Source of the DNA: the human T2T-CHM13v2.0 reference genome, Homo sapiens
Assembly (NCBI RefSeq): GCF_009914755.1
Contig: NC_060925.1
DNA: 64,000 nucleotides
Direction: 5' to 3' (one strand)
The translations under genes were made by a program, and so were the position numbers. The stretch's first letter is position 1. Each line of letters opens with the position of its first letter. The notes beneath the pieces are model-generated. The model made no database searches, was not told the origin of the DNA, and saw only the letters and a list, made by a program, of their open reading frames with translations. Positions 1-10,830 of the stretch are shown here, piece after piece.

Positions 1-542
1 TGCGCGAAGGCCACGCCGCAGTCAGCGCACTTGAAAGGCCTCTGGCCGGTGTGCAGCGTCTGGTGCTCGGACAGATTGGAGGACTTGGTGAAGCACTTGC
101 CGCAGGTGGGGCAGGGGAAGGGCCGCTCGCCCGAGTGCACGCGCTGGTGCTCCACCATGCGGCTGGCCACAGCGAACTCCCGGTCGCAGGCGGGGCAGCG
201 GAAGGGCTTGGCGCCCAGGTGCGTGCGCTGGTGGCGCAGCAGCGACAGCGGCTTGTTGAAGGTCAGGCCGCACTCGGAGCACGGGAAGGGCTTATTGTTG
301 CTGTGCATGTTGCGCTGGTGTTTGCGCAGGTCCGAAGAGCGCACGAAGGCCTTCCCGCAGTCTGGACACGGGTAGGGTTTCTCGCCTGTGTGGGTGCGGA
401 TGTGCTTCCGGTGGTCGGAGGACCAGGTGTAGGCCTTGTCGCAGAAGGAGCACTGGTAGGGCCGCTCGCCCGTGTGCAGGCGCCTGTGCTGCTGGAGTGT
501 GCCGCGGTGGGAGTAGGCCTTCCCGCATAGCTCGCACGCGTA
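1..542 (-). other. ZNF648: C2H2 zinc-finger array of ZNF648 (6 complete fingers plus start of the 7th)
   Basis: Repeated CX2CX12HX3-4H units with TGERP/TGEKP/SGERP/TGQRP linkers; atypical linkers SNNKP and LGAKP; finger 3 has HX4H spacing. Confidence 0.95.
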
Positions 543-760
543 GCGCTTGGCGGCGCCGCCGCGCGTCTCCGCGGGGCTCAGCGGCTTGCTGGGCTTCTGA
601 AAGGCCCGCCCGCCCCGCAGGCACCTGTAGGGACGCGCCTCAGCCTCTCCGCCCTCGCGCCGGCCCGCCTGGTTCTGTACTTTCCTGCTGTTCCGCGCTT
701 TTGCCAGGACCGCGGCAGCCAGGCTGGCTGGGGTGGCCGACGCCTGGGCTGGTGTATGTG
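1..760. promoter_or_regulatory. Intragenic CpG island over the ZNF648 finger-coding region
   Basis: Very GC-rich with dense CpG (e.g. gcggcgccgccgcgcg near 550-570); the rest of the window is CpG-depleted. Confidence 0.85.
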
Positions 761-1376
761 TCTCTTGCGTGGGAAGGTCCCAGTTGCTCCCCGGCCTGGG
801 GAAACACAACAGAGAAGAGTTCCCTGCGGACGTGTCTACACTTTTGTGCGCACAGAGATACTTTCCATTGCTGGGGAAGCTGGGTGGGACATCCAAGACT
901 GCGTCCTGGTTTGCCCCCGAGTATCCATCATCACCCGCAGGTAGTCGGTCCCCAAGAGGTTGCATCTGACCTAACAATTTGTGTGCGAGACCACTGGGAA
1001 GGGAACCCAGAGCTCTGCTTGCTCCCGGGGAACCCTGGGTCTCCTTGATCTTTGTCACATCTCTGCTCCAACTGGCTTTCCCAGACATTTCCACTGGTTT
1101 CTGCCCCATGCCCCCAGCACTGGAGGAGTCAGAGAATTTCTCTTCCTCTTTGCCCAGTGGATGGGGCCATGGCAAGTCAGGATTTTCGTGTGTTACTGGG
1201 GAGCTGCCCCTTGGACAGGCCACCGGGTCAGCGGTGCCCTCTTTTTCGGCCTTCCCACCATCTTCATCGTCACTCTCTAAGTTCATGCTCAGCATCTGGG
1301 TGTCATGAGCTTCCTCAGTCAAGCTGCTGAGAGGAGACGCCTCTCCCCACCTGTCCTGGGAGTCCACTTGTGCCAT
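1..1376 (-). CDS. ZNF648: Zinc finger protein 648, C2H2 transcription factor without KRAB; 3'-partial (first 458 codons)
   Basis: My translation of the minus strand from ATG at 1376 (context aacatcATGG, strong Kozak; in-frame upstream TGA) gives MAQVDSQDRWGEASPLSSLTEEAHDTQMLSMNLESDDEDGG...KRYACELCGKAYSHRGTLQQHRRLHTGERPYQCSFCDKAYTWSSDHRKHIRTHTGEKPYPCPDCGKAFVRSSDLRKHQRNMHSNNKPFPCSECGLTFNKPLSLLRHQRTHLGAKPFRCPACDREFAVASRMVEHQRVHSGERPFPCPTCGKCFTKSSNLSEHQTLHTGQRPFKCADCGVAFA. The frame is open to the window edge and matches the ZNF648 sequence as I recall it. Confidence 0.95.
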   Translation of the reverse strand, partial: MAQVDSQDRWGEASPLSSLTEEAHDTQMLSMNLESDDEDGGKAEKEGTADPVACPRGSSPVTHENPDLPWPHPLGKEEEKFSDSSSAGGMGQKPVEMSGKASWSRDVTKIKETQGSPGASRALGSLPSGLAHKLLGQMQPLGDRLPAGDDGYSGANQDAVLDVPPSFPSNGKYLCAHKSVDTSAGNSSLLCFPRPGSNWDLPTQETHTPAQASATPASLAAAVLAKARNSRKVQNQAGRREGGEAEARPYRCLRGGRAFQKPSKPLSPAETRGGAAKRYACELCGKAYSHRGTLQQHRRLHTGERPYQCSFCDKAYTWSSDHRKHIRTHTGEKPYPCPDCGKAFVRSSDLRKHQRNMHSNNKPFPCSECGLTFNKPLSLLRHQRTHLGAKPFRCPACDREFAVASRMVEHQRVHSGERPFPCPTCGKCFTKSSNLSEHQTLHTGQRPFKCADCGVAFA

Positions 1377-1470
1377 GATGTTCAGGCGCTTCTATTGCCT
1401 ACTCCTCTGAGGAGGAGTATCCTGCTTGGCTCAGGATACCTGCAAAAAGAAAAGTACGAAGAGAAAATCA
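1377..1470 (-). other. ZNF648: ZNF648 coding-exon 5'UTR part (1377-1439) and splice acceptor
   Basis: Minus strand reads tgattttctcttcgtacttttctttttgcAG|GTATCCTGAG: polypyrimidine tract plus AG at 1441-1440, exon starting at 1439, 63 nt before the ATG. Confidence 0.85.
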
Positions 1471-2186
1471 CAAAGAATGTACTTAATCACTTTCATGAGC
1501 AGAGGGACTGAGGTTCCCACTATAGCTCTGTTTCCAACTGGTCTCCATGTCAGGCATATTGTTGAGCCTCACTGAGGACAGAGGCCTGGCTCTGCTGAAA
1601 ATTCCAGTCATCCTATTCCCTCTGGAGATCCCACTTGCTATAAGCCCCAGGAGACCATGCTGTCAGGAATAGCCAGGGTGGGGCATTTGCTGGGTGCCAG
1701 CTGTGCCTTGTCCTGTCTAGGGTGCTCATCCCCAACCACTAACCAAATGTGTCCTTTGTCAGCATGGGGGACAACTCGATGAGAGGGTAGGAACCAAGCT
1801 GTGGTCCTCCTAAGACACTCTTACAGTGTCCCCCACTCAGGAAGCTGGAAACCAGGCTGGCTTTTGCTGTCCCTGCCAGGAATGGAAGTCTGCCATCCCA
1901 TGATGGTGTCAGCTAGGGTTACCTCTCAGGCCCTGGGCTGTGTAGGCCACCTCTTCCAAAGATAAGGAGCAGCCCTTGGGAGAATGAGGGTGAGTCAGGA
2001 AGGCACCAGTTGCCCCTCACTGATTAAGCGGGGCTTCTCAGGCCCTTGTAACTTCTGAGGAACTCCTAACTGCCAGGAAGGCTACCCATAAGCACCCGGG
2101 GGCAGAGGATGCCCACTGAGAGCTTGACCTGTCTTTGAAATTTTGCTTCATCATAAACATTCAGGAGAGTTTACATTTTATGTCTC

Positions 2187-2487
2187 ATTTTTGTTTTTGT
2201 TTTTAATTGAGTCGGAGTCTCGCTCTGTCACCCAGGCTGGAGTGCAGTGGCGCGATCTTGGCTCACTGCAACCTCTGCCTCCCGGTTCAAGTGATTCTCT
2301 GCCTCAGCCTCTTGAGTAGCTGGGATTACAGGTGCCCACCACCATGCCCGGCTAATTTTTGTATTTTTAGTAGATACAGGGTTTCACCATCTTGGCCAGG
2401 CTGGTCTTGAACTCCTGACCTTGTGATCCACCTGCCTCGGCCTCCCGAAGTGCTGGGATTACAGGCATGAGCCACTGTGCCCTGCCA
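2187..2487 (-). mobile_element. Alu (AluS, Sg-like), in ZNF648 intron
   Basis: T-rich tail followed by gagtctcgctctgtcacccaggctggagtgcagtggcgcgatc...gagccactgtgccctgcc. Confidence 0.95.
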
Positions 2488-2894
2488 GTCGCATTTGTTT
2501 TATAGAAAATAGTATTAAAGTTACCTGGGTTTAAATGTTTAATCTTCCCCCAAGTGTGCCATATTGATCCCCTGGCATACCACAGATGTCCACTGGGGTA
2601 CACATCTCCTGACTCAAGAAGCCAGATGTAGGATTTCAAACATAATGCATGAGACATGAGAGCCATTTGGGTTTTATTTTCAAACTTATTTTATTTTAGC
2701 TTGAAGACATGGAGAAAGCCTGCTGGAGGATTGGTTAACAAGGATTGGATGAGTGACAGATTTTAAAGGAGTTACTAGAGAGGCAGGGTACTGAGGGCCT
2801 CTCCAGGGGGACAACTGTTGACCAGAGGGCTAAATCTGCTTTAGTCTGGAGAGAAACTTCTGAGAATCCCAGAGGGGGTATTAAAACTCTCATT

Positions 2895-3290
2895 TTTCTG
2901 GGCACACGTTATGAGCCAGCCACTATGCTGAGTGCTTCACAAACATAATTTCATTTATTCCTCTCAGCAAACTTTAAGATAGATGCTATTGGGAGGCCGA
3001 GGCAGACGGATGATGAGGTCAAGAGATTGAGACCATTCTGGCTAACACGGTGAAACCCCGTCTCTACTAAAAATACAAAAAAATTAGCTGGGCATGGTGG
3101 CGGAGCTTGCAGTGAGCTGAGATCGCGCCACTGCACTCCAGCCTGGGTGACAGAGCGAGACTACATCTCAAAAAAAAAAAAAAAAAGATAGATGCTATTA
3201 TTACTATATTATTCTTTCAATTTTACAGACCAGGAAACTGAGCTTTATTGAGGTTACTTACCTGCCCAAGGCCACACAGCTCATAGACAG
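2895..3290 (-). mobile_element. MIR, split by the AluY at 2991
   Basis: Reverse MIR core: ttttacagaccaggaaactgag...cctgcccaaggccacacagct. Confidence 0.75.
2991..3184 (+). mobile_element. 5'-truncated, internally deleted AluY-like element with 15-bp TSD
   Basis: Begins at gggaggccgagg; AluY-type ctggctaacacggtg and ggagcttgcag; poly(A) tail; TSD AAGATAGATGCTATT at 2976-2990 and 3185-3199. Confidence 0.92.
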
Positions 3291-4935
3291 CAGCAGTGGG
3301 GTTTCTCTCTAATTTTAAGGCCATTAAGCCCCAAATGGTCCTGCCTCCCAGCTGTGGCCTTCAGACTGAAGCCTGCTCTGGGGCTGGGCTCTGCCCAAGA
3401 GCAGCTGCAGCATCCTGGGGTGAAAAGCCGTGGCTTTCTGCAGGCATCAAAGCCCCTTGTGTTTTCTGGGCCAAGGAACCTTGGCTACAGGGCCTCGCTG
3501 CTGGGCTCCTCCCTGCTTTCATTGACCCAGATTGCCCTCCGCCAAAGAGAGAGGCCAGTGGCTGCCCATCAGAGCCAGGACCCATGTTGCAGAGGCCACT
3601 GCCTGTGGTGCTCAAGAGTATTAGTCACTGAGTATTTACCTTCTGAAAGCTCCTTCTCTCTACCTCTGCCCACCTTTCACTGCCATCTCAGACTGGATAA
3701 AAGGAGTGATCTTTGTATTTGGCTGGTACAGTTAACCCTATCCCCATCTCATTAAACTGTTCTTCCCTGGTTTCTGCCTGATCATGAGCCCAGTTACCCT
3801 GTGTGTATGAAGAGGGAGCAGTATGGAGGAATCCTCACTTTCTGCTCTGGATACAGAAGCCATGGATGGAGGGAGGACACATTGCAGTTGTGACTGGAAT
3901 TCAGCATCTCACGTCTCTTTGTGCCCTAAAGCCCAGGGACCACTCCTCTTCTCTCACTGCTTCCCTCACCCATCACATGGCAGAGGGTAGCTGGCATGCC
4001 TTTTGACAGGAGCCCAGATCTGACATATTTTCAGCATAGTGGATCTTAGGGAGTGAATGTGTAGTTCATAGAGGGGACATACCACTAGCCAACCTCATAG
4101 AACTTGCTCAGACCAGCAGGCTTGATCCGGGGCTGTAGGTCCCCCAGCAGGGACAGCAAAGGGATGCTGGATTTGTATGAAACACATGTCTTAGGTCTCT
4201 TTCCCTCTTTACGACAACATACTGCCTGTTTCTGTGGCACTGTTCACAGATCACTGACTTTACCCGCTCCCCACCCCACCTCCAGCACAAATACCCCATT
4301 TTCCACAGTCTGTGTGTCATTCTTTTCCTCTGGGCCACAGGGGAGCCTCCTTAGGGTGGCACACAGCCCTCCACTAGCTAACCAATCTCCTCTCCAGAGC
4401 CCGTCAGGAGACTCTCTTTTCAGATGAGGTATCCCTCCTCCATCTGAAGCCATATCCCCAGTGAATATGTCCTGCTTTCTTCCTCCTGTCGCTGCCACAC
4501 GCATGCTCTCGACCACCAGGAAGACCTGGAGGCAGGCAGGGGCACAGGGAGGGATTTTCTGGCAAAGTCTGCACAAATATACCTGGTCTGAAAGAGGAAC
4601 ACTGATGCCATGGTATGGCGGGCCTCTCTGCTCCCCAGATGTGCTAGTCCCCAGAGGCTGTCAGAGCAGTCCTTTGCTGGAACTTCCTCTGCACTTGCCA
4701 GCCAAGAGTGGACCAAATGCAGCCTTTGACTCCCCAACCTCATACATCCATCAACACTCTGCAGAAGCCTACCCTAAGGGCTTGTTGCAACCCCAGCCCA
4801 TACCCCTCTTCTTTCCTTCATTCTTTCCAGATTGTACTGAAGTCCATCCTAGGCAGCCGCCTCCTACTTTCTTCTCTGCTCACCGCCTTCAGGCCTTGCT
4901 CTCCACTCCTGGCTCACACACAGACAGTTGCTTAC

Positions 4936-5080
4936 CTGGGAAATGCAGACAGCAGTGTGGGGCCTCTGCCCTGGCTTCTGTGACACGTGGGCTCTCAGCA
5001 ACAGGAACCAGTTAGGTACAAATCAGCAGAGATGGTGTCTCTGTCTCTCACGCTTTGTGTCCAGTCCAGCGGCTGCAGAG
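4936..5080 (-). other. ZNF648: ZNF648 non-coding first exon (5' end approximate)
   Basis: Consensus donor CCCAG|GTAAGC on the minus strand (GT at 4935-4934), giving a ~3.5-kb intron to the acceptor at 1440, consistent with the two-exon gene structure I recall. The TSS cannot be fixed from sequence. Confidence 0.65.
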
Positions 5081-5829
5081 AGAGCCTCTGGAGGTGGGGC
5101 CAGTGTAATACACTCAACCTTCCTGCCTGCATCCAGAGAGCAGCCTGGGAAATAGAGTGGGGCTGCCCTCTCTCACTGCCTGAACCGATCCTCTGGCTCC
5201 CTCTGCTCCTGCCTCCCCTCCCTGCCAAAGCCAGCCTTCCTCCTTCCCTCCTCTCAGTCTTCCTGCAGGTGGCCCTATGCCTCTTGTTCACTTTCACTCC
5301 TTCCTTCCACAGAGCAGTCCATCCTTCACTTTAGCCCTGGTATGCCCATGGGCCACATGTCACTTGTGAGCTTCCTGGGTAGCATGCTTTTTCCCTCCTG
5401 GAAGGCAGAACAGAGTATTTGGCCTATATGCCCACCTCCCTATTCTAGTACCCACCTTTTGCAGGACTGTGAGTTGCAGAACTGTGAGGGGTTGGGATTC
5501 CCAGAATTCTTTGTAGCAGCCCATTCATTGGCTCAAAGATGCCCACAGCCTTTTAACTGGGAGTAGGGGTGCAGGGAGATGGTTTTCTGTCTTATGCATA
5601 CAGATGCCAGGCCTGTCTGGGGTCTCTTTCCACTTTCAGCATTGATTCCCATGCAGGTTCATTTTGAAGAGAAGGATTGGCCCAAGGTAGAAGACTCAGT
5701 ACATTCAGAATTTTTACCCACTCAAGTCTAATGTGCATTTATTAGGATGAACATTCAGGGCATTAAAATAGGTGATGGAAGTGTGGTTCCTGTGACATCA
5801 CTAGGTGGTCACAAAGTATACTGATTGAC

Positions 5830-6056
5830 AGCACGGTCTGGGTCTGGGTTTGAATCTTACTACTTACTAGCTGTGTGATCTTGGGCAAGTTATTTAACCT
5901 CTGTGTGCCTTAGTGTCTCATCTGCAAAACAGGGACCAGGATACTATTGCCATCATGGAAGTTTGGGGAGTATTAAATGAGATAATGCATGTAAGGAGCT
6001 TAGTTCGGTGTTTGGAACATAGCAAGTACCCAAAAACGTTAGCTGCTTTCATTGTT
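5830..6056 (+). mobile_element. MIR
   Basis: ctagctgtgtgatcttgggcaagttatttaacctctgtgtgccttagt core and aaatgagataatgcatgtaa 3' part. Confidence 0.85.
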
Positions 6057-6071
6057 ATTATTGATGATTTT

Positions 6072-7696
6072 TAAAAATTTTAAGTTCCGGGATACATGTG
6101 CAGGATATGCAGGTTTGTTACATAGGTAAACATGTGCCATGCTGGTTTGCTGCACCTATCAACCCTTCCTTCACCTAGGTATTAAGCCCGGCATGCACTA
6201 GCTATTTTTCCTGATGCTCTCTCCACCCCGCACTCCCCCAAATGGCCCCAATATGTGTTGTTCCCCTCCCTGTGTCCATGTGTTCTCACTGTTCAGCTCC
6301 CATTTATAAGTGAGAACATGCGGTGTTTGGTTTTCTGTTCCTTTGCCAGTTTGCTGAGGATAATGCCTCCAGCTCCATCCCTGTCCCTGCAAAGGATATG
6401 ATCCTGTTCCTTTTTATGGCTGCATGGTATTCCATGGTGTATATATACCACATTTTCTTTATCCAGTCTATCATTGATGGGCATTTGGGTTGATTCCAAG
6501 TCTGCTATTGTGAATAGTGCGGCATTGAACATATGCATGCATGTATCTTTATAATAGAATTATTTATATTCCTTTGGGTATATTCCCAGTAATGGGATTG
6601 TGGATCAAATGGTATTTCTGGTTCTAAATCTTTGAGGAATCGCTATACTGTCTTCCACAATGGTTGAACTAATTTACATTCCCACCAACAGCGTAAAAAC
6701 GTTGCTATTTCTTCGCAACCTCGCCAGCATCTGTTGTTTCTTGACTTTTTGATAATCGCCATTCTGACTGGCATGAGATGGTATCTCATTGTGGTTTTAA
6801 TTTGCATTTCTCTAATGATCAGTAATGTTGAGCTTTTTTTTCATGTATTTGTTGGCTGCATGTATGTCTTCTTTTGAGAAGTGTCTATTCACATTCTTTG
6901 CCCACTTTTTAATGGGGTTGTTTGTGGGGGGTTTCGTAAATTTGCTTAAGTTCCTTGTAGATTCTGGATATTAGACCTTTGTCAGATGGATAGATTGAAA
7001 ACATTTTCTCCCATTCTATAGGTTGTCTGTTCACTCTGATGATAGTTTCTTTTGCTGTGCAGAAGCTCATTAGTTTAATTCGATCCCATTTGTCAATTTT
7101 TGCTTTTGTTGCAATTGCTTTTGGCAATTTCATAAAATCTTTTCCTATGCCTATGTCCTGAATGTTATTGCCTAGATTTTCTTCTAGGGTTTTTATAGTT
7201 TTTGGTTTTACGTTTAAGTCTTTAATTCATCTAGTGTTAATTTTTGTGTAAGGTGTAAGGAAGGGGCCAGTTTCAATTTTGTGCATATGGCTAGCCAGTT
7301 CTCCTGGCACCATTTATTAAATAGGGAATCCCTTCCCCATTGCTTGTTTTTGTCAGGTTTTCGGAAGATCAGATGGTTGTAGATGTGTGGTTTTATTTCT
7401 AAGTTCTCTTTCTGTTTCATTGGTCTATGTGCCTGTTTTTGTAGCATACCATGCTGTTTTGGTTACTGTAGCCTTGTAGTATAGTTTGAAGTTGGGTAGC
7501 ATGATGCCTCTAGCTTTGTTATTTTTGCTTAGGATTGTCTTGGCTCTACAAGCTCTTGTTTGGTTCTATATGAATTTTAAAATAGTTTTTTCTAATTCTG
7601 TGAAGAATGTCAGTGGTAGTTTAATGGGAATAGCACTGAATCTATAAATTGCTTTGGGCAGTATGGCCATTTTCACAATATTGGTTCTTCCTATTC
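6072..7696 (-). mobile_element. 5'-truncated L1PA (approximately L1PA8-10) with 15-bp TSD
   Basis: L1 3'UTR (gatacatgtgcaggatatgcaggtttgttacatagg) and ORF2 C-terminal remnants ([13 protein letters not shown]..., [18 protein letters not shown]); TSD ATTATTGATGATTTT at 6057-6071 and 7697-7711. Confidence 0.93.
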
Positions 7697-8334
7697 ATTA
7701 TTGATGATTTTGTTGTTTTTAGGGAAGACATCATTCCAGGGCTGCTTTTATATCCCTGTGGCCCTGTTGAAGCTGCAACTCTTCTGAACAGCAGTTTTCA
7801 GAATGTGATCCAGAAAAGCAGGTTTCAATGTCCCCTTGGTGTTTTTAAGGCATGGTTTCAGAGGAAAGAGGCAGGCAGCAGAGACATACCTCTAGGTCTC
7901 TGAGTCTGAATATCTGGAATAGGGTTCAAATTCTGAAGTCCATAGAGCCTCTGAAATAAAGTGCAGAATGTGGCAGATATGTGGACATGTGCTGTTCTGA
8001 CAAGAGGATCCTTGGTAGCCATCCATTTCTTGAAGGGGCCATGATCCAAAAAATGTTGAGAACCATTGGCATTTGGGGAGAGCATGGGATGGGGAGAGTA
8101 GGTGAACACTTAAAATAGCTCCCATAGCCACGTTATCAGTTGGTGCTGCCACTAGCCCGCATCCCAACATGGTTGCTCAAAATATCCCAAGTGTCCATAT
8201 GGTACGGGCTTTGAGCTTCAGCTATCTTTGGCAAGAAAGTACCTAATTCTTCACTGATTGTGAAGGAGCCTGTGGAGATGAAAGTTGGAGCTGGGATGAG
8301 TGTGTGTGTGTATGTCCCTCCCATTCCCAGCCTC

Positions 8335-8585
8335 ACAGCAATGGTACATTTATTGAGCAGTTACTAGTGCTAACACTATGCTAGCATGCCACACACAATG
8401 CCCCAATTAATCTTCATCACATCCTAACGAAGCAGCTACTACTAGTGTTACCTGCATTTACAGATGGAGGATACAGAGCCATAGGCAGCTTAAGGGCCAC
8501 AGCCACACAGTTCCTACATAGTGGAGCTGCAATTTGAGCCAAGGTATCAGAGTCTGCACTCTTAACCACTACCACATTAGATTCC
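8335..8585 (-). mobile_element. MIR
   Basis: catttattgagc...catttacagatggaggatacagag...ctcttaaccactac. Confidence 0.75.
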
Positions 8586-9974
8586 CAAACACTGTCCCTC
8601 AGAGCCTGCATGCTTGGCCTTTGCTTGACTCTACCCTTATTTCCTCCTGGAAAGTCTTAGTCCCTCCTCCCCAAGGCTATGTGACCTGTGTATCTGTGGT
8701 CACTATAGTCATTCCCCCAGAAGGCATTCTTCTCCCTCAGCCTTGCTGCCCAGAGAGATGGTTCCCACTAAGTGCCTGCACAGTCTCATCACCTATTCCT
8801 CATTCAGCCTGGACAGCCTGTTTTCCATCATGCTTTATTTCTAGAAACCGTAACAACCGAGTAATTAGCAGACACCTTGGGACTTCCACGTTAAATTGTC
8901 CACGTGAGTCCTCCTTGGTTTTCAAGACACACTGGTGTTGCCATCTCACTGGTATGGGATAGTCCACCTAGTGGTGAATGGGACCAGGACTGGCCTGGAG
9001 GCTACATCAAGAGACAAGGTGTACACAAGCCCCTTATCTCCCTGAGTCACCTACCCTGATACATCCTCCAAGCCATCTTAAGAACGCTGTTTGGAAGTGC
9101 CATGTGCCTTTATCTATGTGAGACTTCACTATCCTAATGAGTGGCACATAGTGGGTGCAGATCAGGCCTCAGATCTGAATCCCAGGTCTTGCCTATCCCA
9201 CTGGTCAACCTATTGCTCAGACTCCAAGGGACAGGAATCCCTTTTGTTTCCTGGGTGTGTTTCCCTTTTGACAGCACAAGCACATTTACTGTCTCATTTA
9301 ATCTTTCCAACACTCACTGTAAGGACCACTAGAAATGGAGAGCGGAAGGCCCTTTCCCTAAGGCCACATCCTTTTCCTGCTTTTAGGAACTTCTGAAATC
9401 TGTGTCATTCTGCCCAGTTCCTTAAGCATGGAAACAAAGTAGGTGTTCTTTTATGTATTGGTTATTATTTGCAAGTCTGCCTCTAAAATCTGGCAATTCC
9501 TCTGAGCTGCTGACTGGCAGTAGTGAAAACAAGGGTCTGCCCGCCTGTCTGGGAAGAGGAAAAAGCAGAGACTGAAGGAGTAACACAAGGCATCTGGGAG
9601 AGAGAAGGGCACTTGATGGGCATGGTGCAGGAGCTCATTTGTGCCTATCAATGACATGGACTGGATGGGTGGAGTGGAGTGACATGGTGGAACATGAGCC
9701 ACACTGGCCTATGTTCTTCCCCATGCTCTGCTGCCAGCTGTCATCACAGCAATCTGCCTGAGCTGCTTCCAAACAGTGTGAATGGTTGGTGAGGTATACT
9801 ATCTAATCTTCTTCTTGCCCCAGCCCTTCATCATCCTTGAGGAGGAGTGATAGAGGCAGTTAAGTGGCCAATACATGGTGGAGACTTTAAATATTGTTTT
9901 TCATGCAGGCATCAAACTTTGCTGAGTATGAATACACATGCAGAAAGCAGAATTGGACAGGAACTCAGTACACA

Positions 9975-10195
9975 ACCTTGAGTCAGAAAGGCCTGGCTTT
10001 AATCCCATTTCTGTTTGTTTGATGATCTTGGTCCATTTACTTAACTTCTTTGAGCCTCATGCTCCTCACCCATAAAATGGGAATAAGAATAATTTCATGA
10101 TAGGGTTGTAAAATAATCTGAAACCACATTTTAAAAGCATTTGGTCTAGTGTTAGCTGTATAGTCATTTTTCAATAAATTATAAGCCTTATTATT
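9975..10195 (+). mobile_element. MIR
   Basis: ttacttaacttctttgagcctcatgctcctcacccataaaatggg core. Confidence 0.7.
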
Positions 10196-10591
10196 TTTAT
10201 CCTAGAGCTATTGGGAGCTTGCTGATACCTTTGCTCCATCCCTGTTCTTCCAGAATGCTAGCCCTTAATTACTCTGCTTCCAGAAGGGTGCCATTCTCTG
10301 ATTCTGGTCTCCTAGCCCCAAACATTCCCACTGAGAGACTGACCAAGCAGCCTTTTTTGAGGCCAATAACGTTCCTAGAGCAGTGATGTCATAAACCTGG
10401 GTCTGTCATCGCGTGCTACACTTGGCACACGTGGCAATCAGTGACAGAGTGGAAGGTTTGTGCTCTGGATGGGATGACATTATAAGGCAATGACATCACA
10501 TGTCAGTACTTCCTGGCACCCCCTGCAGAACAGTGCCAGGTAGAATGCCTTCTCTTCACTAACTCAACACCACCTGCCCCAGTGAAGACTG

Positions 10592-10830
10592 CACAGTGTA
10601 GTGATGGAGCATACAGGCTCTGACATCAGGCTACTTGGGTAAATCCTATTTCTACACCCTGCATGACTGTGAGCAAGTTGCTTAACCTTTCTGTGCCCCA
10701 GTTTCTTTATCTGTAAATTATGGCTAATAATAATATTTAATATCTAGCTTACAGAGTTGTTGTGGGGTTTAAATGAGATGATGTGCTTTGCAGAGTACAA
10801 GGGATGGACAAGTGCCCAATCAGTATTAGC
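10592..10830 (+). mobile_element. MIR
   Basis: gcaagttgcttaacctttctgtgccccagtttctttatctgtaaa core. Confidence 0.8.

Noticed and set aside
22-1048. Overlapping ORFs in the track (22-282, 31-375, 51-530, 292-624, 497-1048)
   Set aside because: Alternate-frame and antisense shadows of the GC-rich ZNF648 CDS. The real frame is 1376 to 1 on the minus strand and is absent from the track because it has no stop in the window.
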